Source: Candidatus Bathyarchaeota archaeon (lineage in GTDB: Archaea > Thermoproteota > Bathyarchaeia > Bathyarchaeales > Bathycorpusculaceae). Taken from it: a stretch of 64,000 bases of DNA. Location of the stretch: NCBI GenBank assembly GCA_963838505.1, contig CAWIRG010000013.1:55679-119678 (forward strand), read 5' to 3'. Below the pieces are notes generated by a model that was given only the letters and a program-made list of their open reading frames with translations, was not told where the DNA came from and searched no databases. Below are positions 56,660 through 64,000 of the stretch, piece by piece. Each line of letters starts with the position of its first letter. Positions within the stretch are counted from its first letter, which is position 1. The translations under genes were made by a program, and so were the position numbers.

Positions 56660-57763
56660 TTGGCTGAAAGGACAAGAAAACGGAAAGCCGAACACATTAG
56701 CATATCCTTAGGACGAAATGTCCAAGCACGAGAGGTGACGGCGGGCTTTGAAGATGCAAGGTTCATTCATAGGGCCCTGCCAGAAATAGATAGAGAAAAG
56801 ATAGACTTGGCCACGACAGTTTTTGGACACAGATTTGCTGCGCCATTAATAGTAGGCGCAATAACAGGCGGAACTCATGAAGCCACGAAGATCAATGCGA
56901 CGATAGCTGAAGCCGTTGAGGAACTCGGATTGGGAATGGGTGTAGGAAGCCAGCGTGCCGCGTTGGAAGACAGGAAGCTTGAGGAATCTTTCTCTGTGGC
57001 GAGGAAGAAGGCGCCAACATCTTTTCTCGTTGCAAACATTGGTGGAGTGCAACTTGTCAATGGTTACGGCACGAAAGAAGTAAAAAGAGCCATGGACATG
57101 ATTGAGGCAGATGCATTAGCAATACATCTTAACGCATTGCAGGAGACAGCCCAACCAGAGGGACAGACAGACTTTTCTGGGATACTCAAAAAGGTCAGCC
57201 AAATCGCTGAGCAGTTGGACAAACCCGTTATCGTTAAAGAGACAGGGGCTGGCGTGTCTTCTGAGGAAGCGAAGAAGCTGGAAGCGGCAGGAGTGAAAGG
57301 CATAGACGTGAGTGGAGCAGGTGGCACAAGCTGGGCGGCTGTTGAGTATTACCGTGCAAGGGAGCCTCAAGATGCATCTCGACGCAGACTGGGAGAACTT
57401 TTCTGGGATTGGGGGATACCCACAGCAGCAAGTATCGTTGAAGTGTCCCAGACCGTGAGTCTTCCCATCATCGCTTCTGGGGGAGTGCGTAGCGGAGTAG
57501 ATGTTGCCAAGGCAATAGCCTTAGGTTCAAGTCTAGCAAGCCTTTCTCAACCTGTCCTGCAGACGGCAGTCAAGGGGGTCAAGCCCACAAGGGACATGCT
57601 CTCGCTCATGATAGACGAGCTTCGAAACGTGATGTTTCTAGTCGGTGCAAAGTCAATTGAAGCTTTGCGTAGGTCAAACATTGTCTTGGCAGGCAAAACG
57701 TCTGAGTGGCTGAAGACAAGAGGTTTTAACGTTGAATCATACGCTAGGAGAGGAGGAAACTGA
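56660..57763 (+). CDS. fni: isopentenyl-diphosphate delta-isomerase, type 2 (FMN-dependent)
   Basis: RKAEHI, GAITGG, VKETGAG and SGAGGTSWAAVE. Confidence 0.93.
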   Translation: MAERTRKRKAEHISISLGRNVQAREVTAGFEDARFIHRALPEIDREKIDLATTVFGHRFAAPLIVGAITGGTHEATKINATIAEAVEELGLGMGVGSQRAALEDRKLEESFSVARKKAPTSFLVANIGGVQLVNGYGTKEVKRAMDMIEADALAIHLNALQETAQPEGQTDFSGILKKVSQIAEQLDKPVIVKETGAGVSSEEAKKLEAAGVKGIDVSGAGGTSWAAVEYYRAREPQDASRRRLGELFWDWGIPTAASIVEVSQTVSLPIIASGGVRSGVDVAKAIALGSSLASLSQPVLQTAVKGVKPTRDMLSLMIDELRNVMFLVGAKSIEALRRSNIVLAGKTSEWLKTRGFNVESYARRGGN

Positions 57764-57765
57764 AA

Positions 57766-58836
57766 TTGAGTTTTGAAGCGTTCCTTGACGATAATGCCTT
57801 GATAATTAACAAGGTTATTGAGAAATACATCCCGAGGAGTTTCTCAAGAAAATCGCTCCTTTTCAGTGTTAGCCAACCACGATACTCCTACAACGTTGAA
57901 GCTCTGAACAAGACTCTTACTGGTCCGATATGGGAATTTCTTGACAGGGGCGGGAAACGGTGGCGTCCCGCGCTGTTCCTTTTGATATGTGAAGCACTTG
58001 GCAGAAAACGCACAGATTTCTTGGATTTTGCGGTTATTCCTGAAGTGGTGCACAATGGAACTCTAATGGTCGATGATATAGAAGATGCGTCTGATTGTCG
58101 GCGCGGCAAACCTTGCACCTACAGAATATTCGGATTGGACATAGCCATAAACGCCGGAAACGCGATGTATTATCTGCCACTTCTGACGTTGCTTGAAAAC
58201 AGGAATAAGATTTGCGAGGAGAAATTAGCTCAAGTTTATAAGGTCTACGCTCAGGAGATGATAAATTTGAGCCTCGGCCAAGCCATGGACATAGCATGGC
58301 ACAGGAGCTTGGCGGACGCTGACAAAATAACTGAAAAAGACTACATGCAGATGTGCGCGTACAAGACTGGAACTCTGGCAAGAATGGCCGCTAAGGTTGC
58401 TGCGGTCCTATGCGAAGCAGATGAGCAGCTGATTGAAAAACTTGGGACTTTTGCAGAAAGCTTGGGCATAGCTTTTCAGATGAAAGATGACATCCTGGAT
58501 CTGACGAGTGCTGAATTCACGGAAAAAAAAGGAGGGCGCGGCCAAGACATAACCGAAGGAAAGCGCAGCCTTCCTGTCATACACACAATCAAAGTTTCAA
58601 ATGCCACCGACAGGAAAAGGCTCATCGAGATTCTCAACATGCACACTTCGGACCAAAAAATGAGGGATGAAGGCATCGCCATAATGCAGAAGTACAACTC
58701 AATCGATTACACCAGACGCTTTGCCAGAAGAATCGTTAAGAAAAGCTGGAAAGAGGCTGAACGTCTTCTTCCCGATTCACAAGCAAAAGAAAGACTAAAG
58801 GCTTTTGCCGAATTCTTGATTGAAAGAAAAATCTAA
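57766..58836 (+). CDS. idsA: polyprenyl (geranylgeranyl) diphosphate synthase
   Basis: First Asp-rich motif LMVDDIEDASDCRRG and second, FQMKDDILD. Confidence 0.9.
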   Translation: MSFEAFLDDNALIINKVIEKYIPRSFSRKSLLFSVSQPRYSYNVEALNKTLTGPIWEFLDRGGKRWRPALFLLICEALGRKRTDFLDFAVIPEVVHNGTLMVDDIEDASDCRRGKPCTYRIFGLDIAINAGNAMYYLPLLTLLENRNKICEEKLAQVYKVYAQEMINLSLGQAMDIAWHRSLADADKITEKDYMQMCAYKTGTLARMAAKVAAVLCEADEQLIEKLGTFAESLGIAFQMKDDILDLTSAEFTEKKGGRGQDITEGKRSLPVIHTIKVSNATDRKRLIEILNMHTSDQKMRDEGIAIMQKYNSIDYTRRFARRIVKKSWKEAERLLPDSQAKERLKAFAEFLIERKI

Positions 58837-58854
58837 TGGCTGAGTGCGAAACTC

Positions 58855-60609
58855 TTGACTTCCAAAGAAGATTCAGAACTGAGAGAATCAATTCGCAAAA
58901 TTGCGTTGTTAAACGCTGTTAAATATGAAGGCAAAGCACAAACTGGTCCAGTTGTCGGAAAGATTCTAGGCGAAAAGCCTGAGTACAGGACAAAAGTCAA
59001 AGAAGTATCAGATCTTGTCAACGCAGTAATTCGAGAAGTCAACGGGCTTTCACTGCATGAACAAACACAGATTATCGAGGAAAAATGGCCCGAAACTCAG
59101 GCGAAAGAGAAAGTTCAGGAAGAAAGACGTCTGCCACCCTTGCCGAACGCCGCCAAATATCAGTGCATAGTCACCCGCTATTCACCCAACCCTGACTGCG
59201 TGTTGCACTTAGGTTCAGCCAGGGCCATAATTTTGAGTCATGAGTATGCATGTATTTACAAAGGCAAATTCATACTTCGGTTCGAGGATACTGATCCCAG
59301 GTTGAAGAGGCCCGTTTTGGAATTCTATGACAGCATCAGGGAAGACCTGAGATGGCTGGAGTGCAAACCTGATGAGGAATACATCCAAAGTGACAGAATC
59401 CCGATCTATTACGAGTATGCCGAGAAGCTGCTCAACGATGGAAACGCTTACATCTGCACATGTTCGTCTGAAGAATTCCGAAAAAGAATCCAGGCTAACA
59501 GTCCATGTGAATGCCGCGATTGCCCGAGCGAAGAACATCTCAAAAGGTGGCAACGCATGCTTCAAGGAGGCTACAAAGAGGGTGAGGCAGTCATGCGTGT
59601 CAAAACAGACTTGAACCATCCCAACCCTGCCGTCCGTGATTGGCCTGCACTTCGTGTTCTTGACACAGAGAAATATCCTCATCCGAGGATGGGAAGCAAA
59701 TATCGCGTCTGGCCACTCTATAATCTCGCAGCAGGAGTCGACGACCACCTTATGGAAATCACCCACATTATTCGAGGGAAAGAACATCTCACAAACCAAG
59801 TGCGCCAAGAGTACATGTACCAACATTTGGGTTGGAAGTACCCGGAAACCATTCATTACGGCAGGCTCAAAATCACAGGGGCTTCCTTAAGCAAGTCTAA
59901 AATAGTTCAAGGAATGAGGGAAGGACTGTACAAAGACTGGGACGACCCTCGTTTGGCGACTTTCGTGGCCTTGCGGAGGCGTGGAATAAGCTCCGAAGCG
60001 ATTAGGAGGCTGATGATAGACATTGGACCCAAGACCTCTGATGTCGTGTTGAGCTGGGAGAACCTTTATGCCCATAACCGCAAGATTTTGGATCCAATAG
60101 CTGACAGGTACTTCTTCGTGCAGAATCCTATCGAGTTAAAAGTGAAAGATGTCCCCAGAGAATTTGTTGCAAGGCTTCCTCTTCATCCTAATCATCCTGA
60201 AAAGAGCTTCAGAGAATACACGGTTACGCCTGCTGGAACCGATAACAGCGTGGCTTTTTGGGTTTCAAGGAAAGATGTAGATTCCTCAAAGATCGGAACG
60301 ACGCTACGACTGATGGATCTGTTCAACATCAAAATATCGAACGCAAGCATCTACATGGCCGAAGCCTCTTTTGAAAGCGAGTCCTACGAGCAGGCAAGAG
60401 ATATTAGAGCGCCGTTGATTCACTGGGTTCCAATAGGTGAGGACATGCCCTGCCAAGTAGTAATGCCTGACGCGACGCTGTTGGAAGGCGTTGCCGAAAG
60501 TGCCTGCAAACGGTTGAAAAAGGACGATGTCATTCAATTCGAGCGGTTTGGCTTCGTGAGAATCGACAGCATAGGCGATAAACTGACGGCATACTACGCT
60601 CAAAAGTAA
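58855..60609 (+). CDS. gltX: glutamyl-tRNA synthetase (archaeal/eukaryal type)
   Basis: HIGH-equivalent HLGSAR and KMSKS-equivalent ASLSKSK. The TTG start is uncertain. Confidence 0.92.
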   Translation: MTSKEDSELRESIRKIALLNAVKYEGKAQTGPVVGKILGEKPEYRTKVKEVSDLVNAVIREVNGLSLHEQTQIIEEKWPETQAKEKVQEERRLPPLPNAAKYQCIVTRYSPNPDCVLHLGSARAIILSHEYACIYKGKFILRFEDTDPRLKRPVLEFYDSIREDLRWLECKPDEEYIQSDRIPIYYEYAEKLLNDGNAYICTCSSEEFRKRIQANSPCECRDCPSEEHLKRWQRMLQGGYKEGEAVMRVKTDLNHPNPAVRDWPALRVLDTEKYPHPRMGSKYRVWPLYNLAAGVDDHLMEITHIIRGKEHLTNQVRQEYMYQHLGWKYPETIHYGRLKITGASLSKSKIVQGMREGLYKDWDDPRLATFVALRRRGISSEAIRRLMIDIGPKTSDVVLSWENLYAHNRKILDPIADRYFFVQNPIELKVKDVPREFVARLPLHPNHPEKSFREYTVTPAGTDNSVAFWVSRKDVDSSKIGTTLRLMDLFNIKISNASIYMAEASFESESYEQARDIRAPLIHWVPIGEDMPCQVVMPDATLLEGVAESACKRLKKDDVIQFERFGFVRIDSIGDKLTAYYAQK

Positions 60610-60622
60610 GGAGACTAAAAAT

Positions 60623-60922
60623 ATGCGACAGCAGGACAAGATAATTATATGGCCGGCTTACTTCGATTCAACAAAGACGAGAAGTGAAGGGAGAAAAGTG
60701 CCGAAAAACCTGGCTGTACCCTCTCCGAAAATCGTTGAGGTCAAAGAGGCAGCAGAGAAGCTCGGCCTATCCAATGAACTCGTGATTGACGCAGGCTACG
60801 CCAAGACGCCTTGGCTGAAAACAGGCATGGTTTTGGTGAAGAAAAAAAATCCTAAAGGCCAAGTGGTGCTTCTCATCGCGAGGCAACTTCAAAAAATGCG
60901 CAGCACGACTAGTTTGAAGTGA
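60623..60922 (+). CDS. srp19: signal recognition particle protein SRP19
   Basis: IIWPAYFDSTKTRSEGRKVPKNLAV is the characteristic SRP19 N-terminus. Confidence 0.9.
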   Translation: MRQQDKIIIWPAYFDSTKTRSEGRKVPKNLAVPSPKIVEVKEAAEKLGLSNELVIDAGYAKTPWLKTGMVLVKKKNPKGQVVLLIARQLQKMRSTTSLK

Positions 60923-60925
60923 ATA

Positions 60926-61321
60926 CTAGGTTTTCCCCTCTTTAGTTAGGACTGCGTTTAGGACGCCATGTTGCCCTGGCCTTGAAGTAATGCGTGCTTG
61001 GCCCAGCTTTGTCTCTACAATCGCGCCCTTGGTTATTACGCCTCTGCGGTTATAATCGATGTTCGTGGGGTTTTTTATGACCCGCAAAACCTCGGTTTTC
61101 TCCGTCTTTCCCGTTTTGGGGTCAGTTACGCACACGTGCTTTGCGACTAGAGCTTTGAGTTTAAGGTTTCCGCCTCTTCCGCGTATGACGCTTCTCTTGA
61201 GTTCGCCTACCACTGTTTCTGCTGGGAATGTACCTTGCTCATACTTCCTCTTCTTTCTGTAGCCTTTTTTTCTTGCTCCAGATGAAGTTTTCTTTTTTCT
61301 GTCTCCATGCCAAACTGACAT
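60926..61321 (-). CDS. rps8e: 30S ribosomal protein S8e (eS8)
   Basis: MSVWHGDRKKKTSSGARKKGYRKKRKYE and LGQARITSRPGQHGVLNAVL. Confidence 0.92.
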   Translation of the reverse strand: MSVWHGDRKKKTSSGARKKGYRKKRKYEQGTFPAETVVGELKRSVIRGRGGNLKLKALVAKHVCVTDPKTGKTEKTEVLRVIKNPTNIDYNRRGVITKGAIVETKLGQARITSRPGQHGVLNAVLTKEGKT

Positions 61322-61377
61322 TCTGTTCACACTTGAAGCTAAATTTGGTGTCTATCAACATTTGTTCGGATATAAAC

Positions 61378-61989
61378 CTATCCGTTTTCGTTATCATTAT
61401 GTCCCAGTTTGGGAAAGCTTTCGAAAACCTGCTTCAGCTCTCTTTTCATTGACGCTGTATCCTGGCTTAGACCGAAGTAGTCCGCAAAGTATTCGGTGGT
61501 CTTAAGGACTATTGAGCGTCCTTTTCTCTCGCTTGCGATCAAACCCATATCCTTCAAAACTTTGATGTGGCCATAAGCGTGATGTCCTCTTACGTCAACC
61601 ACTCTTTTCTGAACAACAGGTTGCCGATAAGCCACGTAAGAAAGTGTCTTCAATGGACCGATGGAAAGTAAGGGTCTGTTAACGAATTTCTTGACGTTAG
61701 GTGTGAGTTCGCTCCTGAGTTGCATTACGAATCTCTCGTCTTTCAGCCTCAAGATTTCAAGGGCCGTGTTTCTGCCCTTGTAGTCTTGAACGAGTTTCTC
61801 CACAACCTTCCTAGTTCTGGCTTTTGATCGCGTCTTCAGAACTGAGCACAACTCGTTCATGTCCAACGGGTGCCCCGCAACATATAATGCGGCTTCCACA
61901 AGCACCAAATCATTCTGCGGTTTGATACTGCACGCTTCCTGACCATCACTCATACCTGTTTCGACTGCCTGTTTCTCAGCTTCTTCCAA
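61378..61989 (-). CDS. scpB: segregation and condensation protein B
   Basis: LVEAALYVAGHPLDMNEL and tandem winged helices (SYVAYRQPVVQKRVVDVRG). Overlaps the scpA end. Confidence 0.85.
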   Translation of the reverse strand: MEEAEKQAVETGMSDGQEACSIKPQNDLVLVEAALYVAGHPLDMNELCSVLKTRSKARTRKVVEKLVQDYKGRNTALEILRLKDERFVMQLRSELTPNVKKFVNRPLLSIGPLKTLSYVAYRQPVVQKRVVDVRGHHAYGHIKVLKDMGLIASERKGRSIVLKTTEYFADYFGLSQDTASMKRELKQVFESFPKLGHNDNENG

Positions 61990-62629
61990 GTCCTATTTCA
62001 CCGACTGTTATGTAAATCTCTCCTGTTTCTTCGTTCTGCCACAGGTTTATCCTGCCTTCCTGGGCCAAGAACAGGAGAAGAATGAACGTGCGGATAGCCT
62101 CCAATCGTCCAATATTGTTCACCAGAGTTGACAGTTCGATTAGACCTGCACCCTTCACTCTGTTTGATAGGGAATTGTAGAGTTTCTCCATCTGGAGTTC
62201 AATTTCCATTAGGTACAGGTCAAATTGCGGGAGAATCTCGGAAGGCTCGGGCAGAACGTTCTGCACAACAGTTTTCTCCAAATGTATTAGTCTTTCACCC
62301 TTCAAAACATCGTCTAAGACCTCCAGCAAGTTCTTTATGGTTGTTGAGGTCAGTTCGTGTCTGAGGGGAAGAAACAACGGTGGTGGCAGAAAATCCTGCG
62401 GTGTCTTTGGGGGTTGTGGGGGCTCCTCTAACTTCAGCAGCAGCTTGGATTTCATAAGATATATGAGAGCTGAAGAGTCGAGGGCAACGCCTGAGGCTCT
62501 GAAGTCGACTTGGCCTGTTTTCTCCATGTTTTCAAGAAATGATGCTAGAAGATAAGCGATATTTACGTTCCAGGGTATGAGCTTTTCCAGTTTGCGGAAC
62601 TCAAAGAGGATGTTCCACGGTGGAAGCAA
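61976..62629 (-). CDS. scpA: segregation and condensation protein A (kleisin)
   Basis: Position between smc and scpB. The C-terminal winged helix AIRTFILLLFLAQEGRINLWQNEETGEIYI is typical of ScpA. Confidence 0.8.
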   Translation of the reverse strand: MLPPWNILFEFRKLEKLIPWNVNIAYLLASFLENMEKTGQVDFRASGVALDSSALIYLMKSKLLLKLEEPPQPPKTPQDFLPPPLFLPLRHELTSTTIKNLLEVLDDVLKGERLIHLEKTVVQNVLPEPSEILPQFDLYLMEIELQMEKLYNSLSNRVKGAGLIELSTLVNNIGRLEAIRTFILLLFLAQEGRINLWQNEETGEIYITVGEIGLGRS

Positions 62630-62661
62630 ATAGAAAGGCTTCCGTGCGGTTCCAGCCGACG

Positions 62662-64000
62662 TCAGTTCTGCGCCTCCAAGAATTTTGCTGAGACAACGTT
62701 CGAGTTTCCGTCGCGCATGTAGACCCCGTACACTTTCTGCGCTTTGTTCACCATTTCAGGTTTGAGCGTGATGACTATGAACTGGGTCTTGTCAGATTCT
62801 TCCAGAAGCAAATCTCCTAGTTTTGAAACGTGCAGTGCATCCAAATGTGCGTCCACTTCGTCGAGGACATAGAAGGATGCGGGTGTGAACTCTCTTAATG
62901 CGAATATGAATGCGACAGCAGTTACTGAACGTTCGCCTCCGCTGGCTCCGCTTACGACTATCGACGGCTTGTTGGGGAACGTTACGATCATGTCTATTCC
63001 GCCCAAGAACGGGTCTTCGGGGTTTTCAAGCTTCAGAACAGCGTCGCCTCCTCCTGTGACTTTGGCGAAATATTTTTGCAGGTTTTGGTTTATTTTCTCG
63101 AATGCTTCTGTGAAGATACGGCGTTTTTTGTGTTCGATTTCATCCATGAACTGTAGGATCGCCTGTTTCTCTTTTTCAAGTTCGTTCATTCTCAGCGACA
63201 ATTCTCTATAGCGTGAAATCTGGTCCGCATAGTGGGAAAGGGCCAGTTGGTTGATGGCACCTATCCTTTCCAGCTCAAGCTGCATCATTTTTATGGAAGT
63301 CTCTGCCTCCACAACCTGTTCAGGCGTCACGGTCAAAGGCTGTTCACAGCCGAAGAGTCTGAGCTGGTTTCGGTGCTGTTCAAGCTGCAGCATAGATGTC
63401 TGCGTGTTAAGTCGAAGCTGATTCACTAACCTGTCGACCTGTTCATATTCAGGGTCGAGTTTTTTGAGTTCTTTGTCTATTTCGTCAATCTGACTCGTAA
63501 ATTTCTTTGCTTCTTCTCTTGCTGAAAAAACATTTTTTGAAAGTTCAACCCGCCTTTTTTCCAGTTCTCCGAGTTCCTGCCTCAACGATTCTCTTTCTTC
63601 CAGGGCTCCTGCGACTTCCTTCTCGACTCTTCCTATTTGCTGATTAACCTTTGATACTTGAATCTTGGAGTTCTGGTATCCAACCCTCAAAACATTGTCG
63701 AACTGAGACTGAAGTGTTGACAATTCAGTCTGGGCCGAGCCGAGCTTCTGTCTTAGAGTGATTATTCCTTCGGCGAGTTTCTCTCTTTCGACTTCCATCT
63801 CCTGTATATGCCCAGGATCTGCTCTCTTTCTCAGGGATGTTAACTCAGCCTGAAACTTTCGCAATTCTTTCTGGATTGTGCTTCTCTCTGCTCTGTGTAT
63901 CCACATTTGCGATTTTTCAGTTTCGATTTCCTTGTTGGTCCGCGCTAGGAGGTGGTCAACGCGTTTTACATTGAACCTTGTTCGCCTAATGTCTCTTTTA
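62662..64000 (-). CDS. smc: chromosome segregation ATPase SMC, C-terminal part (5' end lies beyond the window)
   Basis: Long heptad coiled coil, then the signature SGASGGERSV and Walker B FYVLDEVDAHLD. I checked that the frame stays open from 63906 to the window edge. Confidence 0.92.
   Translation of the reverse strand, partial: KRDIRRTRFNVKRVDHLLARTNKEIETEKSQMWIHRAERSTIQKELRKFQAELTSLRKRADPGHIQEMEVEREKLAEGIITLRQKLGSAQTELSTLQSQFDNVLRVGYQNSKIQVSKVNQQIGRVEKEVAGALEERESLRQELGELEKRRVELSKNVFSAREEAKKFTSQIDEIDKELKKLDPEYEQVDRLVNQLRLNTQTSMLQLEQHRNQLRLFGCEQPLTVTPEQVVEAETSIKMMQLELERIGAINQLALSHYADQISRYRELSLRMNELEKEKQAILQFMDEIEHKKRRIFTEAFEKINQNLQKYFAKVTGGGDAVLKLENPEDPFLGGIDMIVTFPNKPSIVVSGASGGERSVTAVAFIFALREFTPASFYVLDEVDAHLDALHVSKLGDLLLEESDKTQFIVITLKPEMVNKAQKVYGVYMRDGNSNVVSAKFLEAQN

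Overview
The window looks like a core chromosomal segment of an archaeon. This rests on topoisomerase VI A/B, family-B DNA polymerase, thermosome, aIF5B, ABCE1, AglB, CDP-archaeol synthase, KEOPS Cgi121, RadB, SRP19, S8e/L18e and RpoD/RpoN. About 47% GC by eye; TTG/GTG starts and GGAGG Shine-Dalgarno-like motifs are frequent. The lineage cannot be fixed from sequence alone.

It is mostly housekeeping genes:
- a histidine-utilisation trio (ftcD-hutI-hutU);
- an aglB-aglH N-glycosylation pair;
- the conserved archaeal super-operon rps13-rps4-rps11-rpoD-rpl18e-rpl13-rps9-rpoN-eno-rps2-MEMO-mvk-ipk-fni-idsA-gltX;
- the ScpB-ScpA-SMC condensin genes at the right edge.

I found no rRNA, tRNA, cas genes, integrases or transposases.

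The least explained signal is a family of three intergenic composite repeat elements. Two copies of about 185 bp (2735-2919 and 31078-31259) are nearly identical and inverted relative to each other. A third, shorter copy (4190-4350) has diverged in sequence but keeps the same architecture. Each holds two 37-38-nt repeats separated by exactly 50 nt and followed by a G-run plus GTCGAC. Each repeat is itself three ~12-nt RTTAC sub-repeats. This looks like a protein-binding iteron array or a mini-CRISPR-like/sRNA module, with no partner gene identified.

Three otherwise intact genes are each split by a shift to the +1 frame: a UbiD-like decarboxylase, an AglH/ALG7-like GlcNAc-1-P transferase and aIF5B. 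Assembly indels are the most likely cause.

Secondary leads are a Clp1-kinase/RNase-H-fold operon, a small redox neighbourhood bracketed by the repeat elements, and several small zinc-ribbon or acidic ORFs missing from the ORF track.
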